A stretch of DNA of 64,000 bases from a virus (IMGVR_UViG_3300011008_000025:31036-95035); one strand, 5' to 3'; shown: positions 25,238 to 35,434, numbered from the stretch's first letter. Notes: generated by a model from the sequence alone, not told the origin. A program made the numbers and translations.

Positions 25238-26003
25238 TTATACGCCTATTCTGTTCAACACACCGAAAGAGTTCTCTTACATCGAACTGTATGCGCTGCA
25301 TGATTTGCATATGGGCAGTGCGCAGTTCAACAAAGAAAAGTGGGGCGCTGTCAAACAGGAGATTCTGGATGCGCCGAACCGCTACTGCATCTTTGTGGGC
25401 GACGCCATGGAAAACGCGACTCCTGGTAGTAAGAGCGATGTGTTTACGCAGACTTCCACTCCGCAGGAGCAGCGGGAGTGGTTTGCCGAGCAGCTGTGTG
25501 ATTTGTCTGATCGCACTATAGCTGTGATCGACGGCAACCATGAGCGCAACCGCAGTTATAAGTTGGCTGGGTTGTACCCGCTGTACGACGCCTGTATCAT
25601 TGCCGGTATCAAGGAACGTTACCGTCCGCATTTTGCTTTTATTGATATCGGTGTTGGCACACGCGCCAAGGACCCTAACGCGCAGACGCACTACGTCGGC
25701 TACCTCGTGCATAAGGCCAAGGACACCAAGGCATACAGCACGGCGGACTTTGTCGACGGCGTCGACTTTACCGTGTGGGGACACGACCACTCTCCCAAGG
25801 ATCAGCCTCGGGCCAAGCTGGTTTACAATCCCATCCTTAAAAACATTACGCTGAAATCCACCGAGACCGTGAACGCCGGGTCCTTCCTTGACTACGGCGG
25901 CTACGCTGTGGATAACGGCTACAGGCCCAACTCGGACAAGCTGTATAAGCTGGTACTTGTCGGGGCCGAGAAAAAGATTCAGACCGTCGGATTCTACGTG
26001 TAA
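25227..26003 (+). CDS. calcineurin-like metallophosphoesterase
   Basis: DLHMG, GDAMEN, GNHE, GHDH motifs. Confidence 0.92.
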   Translation: MLSDYTPILFNTPKEFSYIELYALHDLHMGSAQFNKEKWGAVKQEILDAPNRYCIFVGDAMENATPGSKSDVFTQTSTPQEQREWFAEQLCDLSDRTIAVIDGNHERNRSYKLAGLYPLYDACIIAGIKERYRPHFAFIDIGVGTRAKDPNAQTHYVGYLVHKAKDTKAYSTADFVDGVDFTVWGHDHSPKDQPRAKLVYNPILKNITLKSTETVNAGSFLDYGGYAVDNGYRPNSDKLYKLVLVGAEKKIQTVGFYV

Positions 26004-26016
26004 AGGTGGTGACGGT

Positions 26017-26427
26017 ATGAATACAACGGAGTTTTCAAGGTTGTTTGCGAGCCAGTATAACGTCAGTGCGCAGACGGCTGACACGTGGGTGCGATCCATT
26101 TTTGAGTTCCTATGCGAACAGCTTCCTGTGAACCAGGAGATCAAGATCGCCGGTTTCGGCAGCTTTCGGCAGAAATATGCGCCGGCAAGACGGTATCAGG
26201 ATTGGGTTACCGGCAAGATCATGACATCTAAACCGCATATGGACCTGACTTTTGTGCCGTGCGCAAAGCTCGATCGGAGCATGCGCGACGTGCCGATCAT
26301 TGAAGAACCTATTAAAAAGGGCGGCCGTAAAAGCGAGCTGCCTGTGCGCGGCAGTGCGCCGCACGATGTCGAGTATATCGACGAGGAAATACATGATGCT
26401 GAAGCGGTTGAAGAGGAGAAAAAATAA
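26017..26427 (+). CDS. HU/IHF-family DNA-binding protein
   Basis: IKIAGFGSF....PARR...TGK motif. Confidence 0.85.
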   Translation: MNTTEFSRLFASQYNVSAQTADTWVRSIFEFLCEQLPVNQEIKIAGFGSFRQKYAPARRYQDWVTGKIMTSKPHMDLTFVPCAKLDRSMRDVPIIEEPIKKGGRKSELPVRGSAPHDVEYIDEEIHDAEAVEEEKK

Positions 26428-26562
26428 CGCCGCGTAGTGCTGTAACACCACGCGGCGGCGCCTCAGAAAGCCTTACAGATTTCATTGTAAGATCGGGCCC
26501 CGCTTGCACGGGGTTACCAAATAGACACCAGGGTCTATTGATCCACAATGAAATAAAGGCGT
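26419..26562 (-). ncRNA. antisense sRNA (~140 nt) with three-way junction and terminator
   Basis: Own promoter; stems GCCTT/AAGGC, ATTTCATTGT/ACAATGAAAT, AATAGAC/GTCTATT and CCCCG/CGGGG; terminator CGCCGCGT/ACGCGGCG + TTATTTTTT. Confidence 0.78.
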
Positions 26563-26568
26563 ATACAC

Positions 26569-26598
26569 ATTATACTCGTAATCTTGCAGTTTTGTCAA
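26569..26598 (-). promoter_or_regulatory. sigmaA promoter of the sRNA
   Basis: TTGACA-N18-TATAAT. Confidence 0.8.
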
Positions 26599-26619
26599 AA
26601 GGAAAGGGAGGTGAGACAA

Positions 26620-27678
26620 GTGGGTCGCAAGGTACAACAGAATAAGATTACGTCGCCGGAGAAGCTGGCGGCGGTCAATCCGAAAAATATGGAGCTGAAA
26701 CGGGACTTTCTGGCCTACTTGCGCTCCATTCAGAGGTCGCCGAACACCATTAAGGGGTACGATAACGACCTCGATATCATTATGGTGTTCCTGCTGGAAC
26801 GCTGTGGCAACAAGGAGTTTGTCAGCGTTAAGAAGCGGGAATGGGTGGCCATGCAGGACTGGATGGTCAACGAAAATGGCAACAGTGCGGCGAGAGTGCG
26901 CCGTATCAAGGCTGTGATCAGCAGCCTGTCCAATTATGTGTCCAACATTCTGGCAGAGGACGAGCCCGATGAATTCGGCAGTTTCAAGCCTACGATTCGC
27001 GGCATAGAAAACCCGGTAAATACGCCGGTTATGGAGAAGACGGTACTCAGCGACGAGGAGGTCAACACCGTGTTGTCTGCCCTGATGGACGCAAAACAGT
27101 ATGAAAAGGCTTGCTACTTTGCGCTGGCTGCGTTCAGCGGGCGCAGAAAAAGTGAGTTGTTCCGCTTCAAGACGGAGCATTTTGGTCCAGATCATCTGAT
27201 CTGTAACGGCGCTTTGTACTCTACGCTAGAGACGATCCAGTCGAAGGGGCGCGGGGTTACCGGCAAACAGATCGTGTTTTATACGCTGGCGAAGGACTTT
27301 CAGCCGTATTTCGACGCGTGGATGCAGTATAGGGAACAAATCGGCCTCGACAGTCCGTGGATGTTCCCCGATCCGGACGACCCGACGCAGCCAAGAGATC
27401 ACAACATTGCTAACTCGTGGACGCATACGTTCAGCCGCGTGCTGTTTGAGAGCACCGGGCGCGCAGACAAGATCTATTCGCACGCGCTGCGGCACTACTA
27501 TACGACTCGCCTGAGCAAGAGCGGTGTGCCGCACAATGTGATCAAGGAGATCGTTGCGTGGGAAGATGTGTCTATGGTTGCGCGATACGACGACACAGAC
27601 GTCGCGGAGAGTTTCTCTGACTACTTTACGGCGGATGGTATTAAGGGCACTGAGAAGAAATCGCTTAGCGACCTGTGA
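26620..27678 (+). CDS. tyrosine recombinase (XerC/D-like) with N-terminal SAM-like domain
   Basis: RSPNTIKGY, SGRRKSEL, SHALRHYY, VAW...MVARY. Confidence 0.9.
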   Translation: MGRKVQQNKITSPEKLAAVNPKNMELKRDFLAYLRSIQRSPNTIKGYDNDLDIIMVFLLERCGNKEFVSVKKREWVAMQDWMVNENGNSAARVRRIKAVISSLSNYVSNILAEDEPDEFGSFKPTIRGIENPVNTPVMEKTVLSDEEVNTVLSALMDAKQYEKACYFALAAFSGRRKSELFRFKTEHFGPDHLICNGALYSTLETIQSKGRGVTGKQIVFYTLAKDFQPYFDAWMQYREQIGLDSPWMFPDPDDPTQPRDHNIANSWTHTFSRVLFESTGRADKIYSHALRHYYTTRLSKSGVPHNVIKEIVAWEDVSMVARYDDTDVAESFSDYFTADGIKGTEKKSLSDL

Positions 27679-27698
27679 TTTTAAGGTGGTGACTGATT

Positions 27699-28727
27699 AT
27701 AGCAAACGCAAAGAATAGTTTGCCGAAGAAGCTTCCGAAGCGCGAAGTGCCGCGCAAGGAGCCTATGACTACGGCGGAGGCGTTTGAACCGCCGAAATTT
27801 ACGAAGAGGATCGTACGGCCGGATGTAGTCATGCAGCCGCCGTATTATTGCCATTGCACATTCAAGGAGTTCCAGGATCAAAAAGGAAACTTCCTGAAAA
27901 CAAACGGAGATTTGTTCGCGGCAAACAACGGCTTCTTCCCTGTCAGCACGGATGCGATGGAGATGTACTATCAGCACATAGCAGACGATACGGGCAGCGA
28001 GCGCATTGCTTTGCATCGCGTAGCTCAATTGCTCGACTTATACATTAATGACGAGATCATTGATGCTGTGCTGGCGGCAGCTGCCGGGAAAAATCCGGTT
28101 GGGCGTTTGTGCATGAAGTCGCGCACCAAGGCATATGCCGACAAGACCTATGTTGACACGATGCGCGAGGAGGAGGCTGCCAGAGCTGCGGCTGCGGACA
28201 TGATATCGACGCTGCAGCCGGCTAACGTCTCGGACGAGGAAGCTGAGAGTGATCCGCGAGCGGTTGAGCTGTTCGGTATCGGCTATCGGCCTCACGAATA
28301 TGCGATCCTGATGCAGCATTACGAGATGCTGACGAAGCAGTTTGAGAATGCGGACGGCGTTCAGGATTCGCTGATGCGCGACCTTTGCACGACTAAATTG
28401 TTGCAGATGCAGTCGCGCAACGACCCGGACGCGTATGCCAAGCTAACCAAGCTGTATTCTGATACCTTGAAGAGCAGCGGACTGAAAACGCGTACCGCCG
28501 AGGACTACGCGGACGATGAAGCGGCCACCTGGGGACAGTTTATCGCGCAGGTAGAGCGGTTCTCGCCTGCTGAATTGTATGAAACGCCCGATCTGTACAA
28601 GGATGTGGATCAGATCGGCGACTATATCGAGCGGTTCTTTACCCGTTCAACGCTGAATTACTTCGGCAAGACGAATGATAAAGACCCTGAGTTCAGTCTA
28701 ACGGAGGAAGAGATCAATGGCGAATGA
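27699..28727 (+). CDS. probable terminase small subunit/associated protein, probable ATA start
   Basis: Directly upstream of the large terminase; RBS AAGGTGGTGA 6 nt before in-frame ATA GCA; TWGQFI..VE.FSPAE segment. Confidence 0.6.
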   Translation: MANAKNSLPKKLPKREVPRKEPMTTAEAFEPPKFTKRIVRPDVVMQPPYYCHCTFKEFQDQKGNFLKTNGDLFAANNGFFPVSTDAMEMYYQHIADDTGSERIALHRVAQLLDLYINDEIIDAVLAAAAGKNPVGRLCMKSRTKAYADKTYVDTMREEEAARAAAADMISTLQPANVSDEEAESDPRAVELFGIGYRPHEYAILMQHYEMLTKQFENADGVQDSLMRDLCTTKLLQMQSRNDPDAYAKLTKLYSDTLKSSGLKTRTAEDYADDEAATWGQFIAQVERFSPAELYETPDLYKDVDQIGDYIERFFTRSTLNYFGKTNDKDPEFSLTEEEINGE

Positions 28728-30492
28728 GCAGCAACTGGCATCCAATATGTCAGGATGGCTGGCCGATACACGTCATTTGCATTCTTTTCTCGATTGGAAC
28801 CAGTTTTTTCGAAAAAATCCACATATTTTTGCCAGATTATACTTAAAAATTAAACTTTTTCCGTACCAAGAGATCATTTTGTGGGGACTTTTTCAGTCCG
28901 ATAACGCCATCATTGAGGCCAGTCGAGCGGCGGCCAAGAGCTTTATTCTGGCTGTGTACTGCGTGATCCGGTGCATCTTATACCCCGGTACACACGTCAT
29001 CATTGCCAGTTCGACGCGTAAACAGGCGTCGCTGATCATATCGGAGAAGATCATCAAGGAGTTATGCGAGTGGTCTCCTATGCTGCGGCGCGAGATTAAG
29101 AGCTATAAGGATAACCAAATCGAGACGTCGGTGACGTTTCGCAACGGAAGCTTCGTCGAGATCGTTACGCTGGCTGACTCCGCGCGAGGACATCGTGCTC
29201 ACGTCATCGTGATCGACGAGGGGCGCAACATTCTGGACGACGGCGAAGTCGTGAAGAAGGTCATTGTCCCCTTCCTGATTTCAAGACAGCCGGAGTTTGC
29301 AAGACTGCCGGAGTTCAATGGGCGTAAGGAATTCGTGGAGGAACCAGTGCAGATACAGATCTCCAGCAGCACGGACGATCAGCACTGGTTGTCGAAAGCT
29401 TCGGTCAACGCTATGCGCGGCATGCTGAACGGAGACGGTTCGGTCTTCTTTGCGCTGGACTACGCAATCTGCCTGAAACACGGAATCCGTACGCGCAAGC
29501 AGATGATTACGGCGTACCGAGACGCCGACCCGATCACGCGTATGACGGAATACGACAACATCATGATGCGGCAGGGGTCCATGTCGTTCTTCACGTATGC
29601 GGAGCTGCGAAACCGGCAGGTTATCGCGAGACCATTTTACCCGAAGACGACAGATGAGTTCGTCACAAAGGCCAAGCTTTTGAACCCAATCCAAAAACAG
29701 GACGGCGAGATACGGATTGTGGCGGCGGACTTTGCCGCTGTGAACCGATCCGGCAACGACAACAGCGCCTTCTCGCTGATGCGGCTGCTGCCGGATGTCG
29801 GAGACGACGGGCATAAGCTCTATCGTGTACAGGTTGTGTATCTTGAAGCTTTCAAAGGGACAGAGATCCGTGCACAAGCTGTCCGACTACAACAGCTCAG
29901 GCACGATTTTGGAGCTCAATACTTTGTAGTTGACGGACGTAATATAGGAATTTCTATCGTAGACACACTGGCGAGGGTCTTAGCTGACCCTGATCGCGGC
30001 GTGGAGTATGCGCCGGTAAGATGTATGAATGACCCAGTGGTTGCGGCGCGTGTCAACAATCCTAATGCAGAAGAGTGTTTGTTTATTATTAACGCTTCTA
30101 ACAAACTGAATGCCGAGATGACTATGTCGTTCAAGGCCATGCTTATGGAGAAGACGATCGAGTTCCTGATCCCGAAGGACGACGGTCTGGACGAAATCAG
30201 ACGGTTTATTCCGGACTATAACAAGACGATCGACCCGGATGTGCGTCTGCGTTATGAGGCGCCGTATCTTGAGACGATGCTTATGATCTCTGAGATTGCG
30301 ACGCTGCAGTATGACCGAGCCCCGAGTACCGGTTTGATCCGCGTGTTTGAGCAGGGTAACAACACAAAGGACCGTTGGAGCTCTGTTGAAATGGGTGCAT
30401 ACTTTGGCAGCCTGATGGCGCGTGATATGTTAAATGATGATGAGGGTGCGTTTGAGGACGCGCCGTTATTGGTTTCTAATTTGAATTTTTGA
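28717..30492 (+). CDS. terL: terminase large subunit
   Basis: Walker A-like ASRAAAKS, ARGHRAHVIVIDE, ISSS, nuclease AADFA...DNSA, KDRWSS. Confidence 0.92.
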   Translation: MANEQQLASNMSGWLADTRHLHSFLDWNQFFRKNPHIFARLYLKIKLFPYQEIILWGLFQSDNAIIEASRAAAKSFILAVYCVIRCILYPGTHVIIASSTRKQASLIISEKIIKELCEWSPMLRREIKSYKDNQIETSVTFRNGSFVEIVTLADSARGHRAHVIVIDEGRNILDDGEVVKKVIVPFLISRQPEFARLPEFNGRKEFVEEPVQIQISSSTDDQHWLSKASVNAMRGMLNGDGSVFFALDYAICLKHGIRTRKQMITAYRDADPITRMTEYDNIMMRQGSMSFFTYAELRNRQVIARPFYPKTTDEFVTKAKLLNPIQKQDGEIRIVAADFAAVNRSGNDNSAFSLMRLLPDVGDDGHKLYRVQVVYLEAFKGTEIRAQAVRLQQLRHDFGAQYFVVDGRNIGISIVDTLARVLADPDRGVEYAPVRCMNDPVVAARVNNPNAEECLFIINASNKLNAEMTMSFKAMLMEKTIEFLIPKDDGLDEIRRFIPDYNKTIDPDVRLRYEAPYLETMLMISEIATLQYDRAPSTGLIRVFEQGNNTKDRWSSVEMGAYFGSLMARDMLNDDEGAFEDAPLLVSNLNF

Positions 30493-30512
30493 TAAGCAAG
30501 GAGGTGATACCT

Positions 30513-32105
30513 TTGGACGATTATGAAGTGGAATATATGGCAACGCCGATCGACGAGAACACGGTTCTGGTCACGTCGGATCACGATGCGGCCTGGATTG
30601 AAGAGCGCTATGACGAGATTCTGAGAAGTGCGCTTGAAAATTATCCAACCGCCGCACACAACTCTGTGATTGTATCGGATACCACGAGTGGGCAGACGCT
30701 GTCGCTGGACTACATCGATCAACTTGCGTCCGGTCTGAACTCCAGTGTGGCCAATGTCATTACGGCAAATGCCATCATCCTTCAGAAGATCCTCTCGGAC
30801 GCCTTCTTTGGGCAGACGTATGAGTCTGTTGTGAAGAATATCAACACCGATTATAAGTTGTCATACGGACGATACGAAGAGGATAACGACTATGCTGACG
30901 TGCTCCCCGATGTCAAGGCGGCTATTAAATACTTTAATCAGTCGGTTGGCATCAAGCGCCTGATACGGGATGCTATCTCCGGCACATATGCCGAAGGTAA
31001 CTACGTGCTGTATCTGCGCAACGACAAGAATAAGCGGCCGACCATTGACTGGTATCCGCTTTCCATCGCGTATCCTTCGGACTATTTATATGATCACCGC
31101 AACGTGATCGAGTTCTCGATCGACAATCTGAAGTCGCGGCTGCGCAAAACCTATCAGAAGACGCGGAAGAACAAGGCTGTCTATTATGAGAACATCGACA
31201 AAGAGGTTCAGGCCAACTATCCGAAAGAGGTCGTGAAGGCGTATCGGGACGGAGAAAAGATTGTGCGGCTTGATCCGCGCTACTCCGATTGCGTGAAGTT
31301 CAACAGCATGGGGCGCAAGCTCGGCGTCAGTCCGCTGTTCCGCTGCCTGAAACCGCTGATCGTACTTGATCAGATCCAGGCTGCTGACGTATCCGACAGT
31401 AAAGCGCGAAGCAAGAAGATCATCTTTCAGAAGCTGCGCAAGGAGCTGCTTGGTAGCGACGGTACGCGCAAGGGTTTCGCTGAGGCGGCGCACGCTCACG
31501 AGCAGGCTGCCCAGGCACTCAAGACGAACTTTGGTCTGTATACTGCGATTCCGGCTGTTGAAGATATGTATTATGTGCAAGCAAAGGCGCAGTCCGAAGA
31601 TTCTATCAACCAGCAGAAGGAGTATACGTCCAAGCTGCTGACCGCTCTGGGTATTGGCTTTACGGACAGCGGGGCCAGTCTTGGCGCCGTGAAGATCTCC
31701 GTTGCCCAATTGCTCAAAACCGTCAATGCGATCGGCGAAAGCTTTGAAGACGTCATGTACAAGTTCTACAGAACTTATCTGGAGGACTGTGGATTTGACC
31801 CGGAGCTCGCTCCGACCATTAAGGTTATCGACTCCGAGCAGATGGAAATGGATGTGCGCAGACTGCTTGCTGGCTTTGTGTACAACACGCTGAATGGTTC
31901 TCGGCGTACGGCGATGAATATCCTCGACATCGATTACGATGACGAACGCGCCAAGCGTCAGCAAGAGAATGAAGATGGCGACAATGATATCTTCTATGCC
32001 CGCGAGACGTCTTATACCGCAAGCGGTAACAGCGGCGGCAGACCGAAGGGCGACGATGAAAATGGCCGCCAGGATTATGACGAGTCCTATCGAGAGGATA
32101 CTTAA
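30513..32105 (+). CDS. portal protein
   Basis: Position after terminase; ~530 aa; TTG start after AAGGAGGTGA. Confidence 0.75.
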   Translation: MDDYEVEYMATPIDENTVLVTSDHDAAWIEERYDEILRSALENYPTAAHNSVIVSDTTSGQTLSLDYIDQLASGLNSSVANVITANAIILQKILSDAFFGQTYESVVKNINTDYKLSYGRYEEDNDYADVLPDVKAAIKYFNQSVGIKRLIRDAISGTYAEGNYVLYLRNDKNKRPTIDWYPLSIAYPSDYLYDHRNVIEFSIDNLKSRLRKTYQKTRKNKAVYYENIDKEVQANYPKEVVKAYRDGEKIVRLDPRYSDCVKFNSMGRKLGVSPLFRCLKPLIVLDQIQAADVSDSKARSKKIIFQKLRKELLGSDGTRKGFAEAAHAHEQAAQALKTNFGLYTAIPAVEDMYYVQAKAQSEDSINQQKEYTSKLLTALGIGFTDSGASLGAVKISVAQLLKTVNAIGESFEDVMYKFYRTYLEDCGFDPELAPTIKVIDSEQMEMDVRRLLAGFVYNTLNGSRRTAMNILDIDYDDERAKRQQENEDGDNDIFYARETSYTASGNSGGRPKGDDENGRQDYDESYREDT

Positions 32106-32135
32106 TAAACCAACCCGGAGGCGTGAACCTCCGGG
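32104..32135 (-). terminator. intrinsic terminator of the antisense toxin transcript
   Basis: CCCGGAGG/CCTCCGGG stem + TTGGTTTATT. Confidence 0.65.
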
Positions 32136-32144
32136 CGGGCAATT

Positions 32145-32237
32145 TTACAGCCGATGGCTGCGGAAGTAATCTACTGCACGAAACAGTAGCTCGACGATTG
32201 CGCCGCCGAGTATGTTCATAAGTAAATTATCAACCAT
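32145..32237 (-). CDS. 30-aa type I toxin-like hydrophobic peptide
   Basis: GAAGGAGG-6nt-ATG; MVDNLLMNILGGAIVELLFRAVDYFRSHRL; the RBS pairs with CCTCCTTCC at the 5' end of the transcript. Confidence 0.75.
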   Translation of the reverse strand: MVDNLLMNILGGAIVELLFRAVDYFRSHRL

Positions 32238-32367
32238 CGCGTGCCTCCTTCCCGGCATGTGAGCATGCCTTGTTGCACCCTACGCGACTATGGGTGCTGC
32301 AGGGACAACACTATCCCGCGGGTCGTTAGCACGGGCGTCATGTGCCTCGGAAGGAGGTTGCGTAACT

Positions 32368-32396
32368 ATTGTAGCATATCAACATCTGTTATGTAA
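32368..32396 (-). promoter_or_regulatory. sigmaA promoter of the toxin-like mRNA
   Basis: TTACAT-N17-TACAAT with extended TG. Confidence 0.65.
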
Positions 32397-32476
32397 GTTA
32401 TTTTTGATAGAACCCCGCCGGAGACCTGTACCGGCGGGATTTCTATATACATCCTTGCAGAAAGGAGGAGTTACCG

Positions 32477-33925
32477 ATGGACAAAATTCTTCTGTTCTCC
32501 AATAAAGTTTGGATCGCAGAGAATACCTCGAACGGCAATATGGTCGCCAAGTTCTGTATCTGTGACTTTGACGTCAATCGCAACGGTGTGCAGCTTAACC
32601 GAGACACGATTGAAAACTGGATGCAGTCGATGGTGAACCAGCCGCTTGTAGGCAAAATTAAGAAATCCGCCTTTGGTGAGGAGGCAGACTTCACCGGTCA
32701 TAACATGAAGCGCGTTATGGTGAAGGATGAAGATGGCAACTACACGACCAGCGTCGAGTTTGATACGGACGCTCTCGGCGTGTTTACCAGCGTCGACATC
32801 GAGACCATTGATGACAAGGAATGCATCGTTGGTACGGCCGAGATCTGGAGCCGTTACCCGCGTGCTGTGAAGCTGATTCGCGACCGCATTGAAGCTGGCA
32901 CCCTGAGTACATCCTGGGAGATTTCTGTGAACTCTGCTCGGTCTGAGGACGGCGTGAAAATCGTGGATGACGGTGTATTCACCGCTCTGGCTATGCTCGG
33001 CAAGTCCGTGCTGCCCGCATACGAATCCAGCCGTTTGCTCGAAGTGGCCGAAGAAGATGTGGACGACGAACTCATTTCTGCGATCGAACAAGACTTTAAG
33101 GAGATTTCCATGGACGAACCGAAAAAGATCATTGAGGACGAAGAGCCCAGTGAGATCGAAGAGACCACGGAGACGGAAGAGCCTGTCACCAATACTGAAG
33201 ACCCCGTAGAAGAGCAGGAAGATAACGGTTCCGGCGAGCTCGAAGAGGAGCCCGCAGATGAGCCTGAAGAAGAGACGTCTGCTCTGACGCAGTGGGATCT
33301 GTTTGACCGTATTACGCGTGCGTGCCGCGAGAAGCTCGGCGGCTGGGGCTACATCGCTTATTGGTTCCCTGCCAACGATGTTGTGTGGTACCGCGATGAG
33401 GAGCATTCGCAGAGTGAACTCGACTATGTGTTCTTTGTGTATACGGTTAACGACGATGACACTGTCAGCGTTGACGATGGAATTCCCGTCAAACTATCTG
33501 TGTCTGTCGCCGAGGTGAACGACGCTCTGTCCGCCAAAGACGACGCGATCGCGCAGGCCGCTACCGAAATCAGTTCTTTGAAGCAGAAGCTTGCGGAGCT
33601 GGAGCCCTTTGTGGAGGCTTATGAGCAGGCTGAGGCTGAGCGTAAGCAGGCCGAGGCGAACGCCAAGATGGACGAGCTGCGTCAGTACGCGCTCCGTAGT
33701 GGTCTGATCAGCGAGGCTGATCTGGAAACCGAAGAGATTCAGCATATGATTGCCGAGCTGGACGAGGCCGGCATCAAGCAGGTGATCGCGAGCCGCTATA
33801 TGGCGTCGCTCAGCGAGAAGCCCGCCCCCGAAGTCAAAGAGACTCCGGTTGTCACCGCGAGCCTGACCGAGGAAGAGGTCAAGCCCGTATATACGAACGC
33901 CGTGCTGGCCTATCTTGCACGGTAA
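32477..33925 (+). CDS. prohead protease/scaffold protein
   Basis: N-terminal NRNG..., TGH, TSWEI, LG...PAY; acidic linker and coiled-coil C-terminus. Confidence 0.8.
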   Translation: MDKILLFSNKVWIAENTSNGNMVAKFCICDFDVNRNGVQLNRDTIENWMQSMVNQPLVGKIKKSAFGEEADFTGHNMKRVMVKDEDGNYTTSVEFDTDALGVFTSVDIETIDDKECIVGTAEIWSRYPRAVKLIRDRIEAGTLSTSWEISVNSARSEDGVKIVDDGVFTALAMLGKSVLPAYESSRLLEVAEEDVDDELISAIEQDFKEISMDEPKKIIEDEEPSEIEETTETEEPVTNTEDPVEEQEDNGSGELEEEPADEPEEETSALTQWDLFDRITRACREKLGGWGYIAYWFPANDVVWYRDEEHSQSELDYVFFVYTVNDDDTVSVDDGIPVKLSVSVAEVNDALSAKDDAIAQAATEISSLKQKLAELEPFVEAYEQAEAERKQAEANAKMDELRQYALRSGLISEADLETEEIQHMIAELDEAGIKQVIASRYMASLSEKPAPEVKETPVVTASLTEEEVKPVYTNAVLAYLAR

Positions 33926-33949
33926 AAATGAAATAGGAGGAACCCTATC

Positions 33950-34417
33950 ATGATTAGAGAAATCATTCTTCACGAGGGCAAGATCGCTCCCGCTGATTGC
34001 AAGGCTACTGCTGCCGTCAAGACCGGTATGGGTGTTGTGATCGATCGCGAGAATAAGACCTTTGGTCTGCCTTCCGCCGCTACCGCCGCCAACGTCTATG
34101 TTGTGCACAAGGAGCGCATTCCTGTTGGCGTGTATGCCAGCGTGGACAACCTGTCCGACTACTTCGAGCAGTTCAACGAGATCGCCGTGGACGAGTATGC
34201 TCCTCTGATGCCCTATGCGTTTGGCGACGTGTTTGCCACCGATCAGTATGCCACCGCTCTGGCTGATGCCGACAAGGGCAAGGTTCTGGCGGTCGGTACC
34301 GATGGTCTGTGGGCCGTGGCTTCCGGCGCCAGCAAGTATAAGTTTGTTGACTGGTATATGGATAACGGCCATAAGCTGGCGAAGATCGAAGTGCTCGATA
34401 CCGCTGCCTCTAACTAA
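33950..34417 (+). CDS. head decoration/capsid stabilising protein
   Basis: Lies between scaffold and capsid genes; high-expression codon bias. Confidence 0.7.
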   Translation: MIREIILHEGKIAPADCKATAAVKTGMGVVIDRENKTFGLPSAATAANVYVVHKERIPVGVYASVDNLSDYFEQFNEIAVDEYAPLMPYAFGDVFATDQYATALADADKGKVLAVGTDGLWAVASGASKYKFVDWYMDNGHKLAKIEVLDTAASN

Positions 34418-34441
34418 TGAAAGCTTTAGGAGGATACTACA

Positions 34442-35434
34442 ATGATTGATATCGCTGAAGTTGTGAAAGATGTTGACATGATGGAGCTTGCCAGCAAGAC
34501 CATCGACGGTGTTGCTCTGACCGATGAGGAGAAAGAGCTGACCGCTGAGCTCGACGCTCAGTTCAAGGAGATCGGTAAGACCGGTCACGATAAGGATCAT
34601 CTGATCTCTCAGTTCGTGATGAAGACCATCAACGAAGAGATCAACAACGCTCCGGACGAGATTCTGGATCGTATGTTCGACCGCGACACCATCGGTGAAC
34701 AGGACGATTTCGAGGCTTATGTGACCCCGAAGAACACCCTGGTGGCTCACGAAGTCGCCGCCGGCGGCAATGCTGAGAGAAGCTTTCTGGACATTTCTGC
34801 CCTGAAGCCCGTATGGAAGCGCCGCCAGATTGAAACGGACCTTCAGTTCAAGGAGCTGGCTCGCAATGGTTGGAAGACCGTCGCTCTGCTGACTCAGTAC
34901 GCTGAGGATGCTTTCCGGAACTACATGTTCGAGGACGTGCTGAGCGTTATTGACAACGCTATCGTCAGCGGCGCTGACAACTATATCGCCGAGTCTACCG
35001 CTGCCCCCACTCAGGCTACTGCCGATGCTCTGGCTCTGTACCTGCTGGATAACGCCGATAGTGACGGCGCTGTGATGATCGGTCTGAATAAGTATATTCG
35101 TGCCATCTCCAAGCTGCAGCCCCAGTTCTTCAATGGCGACATGAAGGCCGAGCTGCATCGTTCCGGCTTCCTTGGCATGTACGACGGCTGCGACCTGTAT
35201 GGTATCTCCGGCGCCAAGAAGCTTGGCAACGGCGACCTGCTGATTCCCGACAAGCGCGTGTTTGGTATCGCCGGCAAGGTCGGCTCCCTGACTCGCAAGG
35301 GCGACATTAACGTCTACCAGGTCGAGAACCCCAACACCGAGCAGATCCATCTCCTGTTCAAGGATTATGTTTATGGCATCGCCTACAACAGCGAGACGCT
35401 GAAGAAGGTTGCCAAGATTGTAATGGCTCAGTAA
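34442..35434 (+). CDS. major capsid protein
   Basis: 330 aa, position, strong codon bias, GFLGMYDG segment; followed by a GGGCCCGC-TTCG-GCGGGCCC hairpin. Confidence 0.85.
   Translation: MIDIAEVVKDVDMMELASKTIDGVALTDEEKELTAELDAQFKEIGKTGHDKDHLISQFVMKTINEEINNAPDEILDRMFDRDTIGEQDDFEAYVTPKNTLVAHEVAAGGNAERSFLDISALKPVWKRRQIETDLQFKELARNGWKTVALLTQYAEDAFRNYMFEDVLSVIDNAIVSGADNYIAESTAAPTQATADALALYLLDNADSDGAVMIGLNKYIRAISKLQPQFFNGDMKAELHRSGFLGMYDGCDLYGISGAKKLGNGDLLIPDKRVFGIAGKVGSLTRKGDINVYQVENPNTEQIHLLFKDYVYGIAYNSETLKKVAKIVMAQ

Noticed and set aside
26470-26560. Twister-sister ribozyme or degenerate tRNA
   Set aside because: A UGCAAG loop is present, but the cleavage-site internal loop and the tRNA D/T-loop signatures are absent.
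32290-32505. 71-aa plus-strand ORF
   Set aside because: No RBS at its start; better explained by the minus-strand promoter/UTR/peptide unit.
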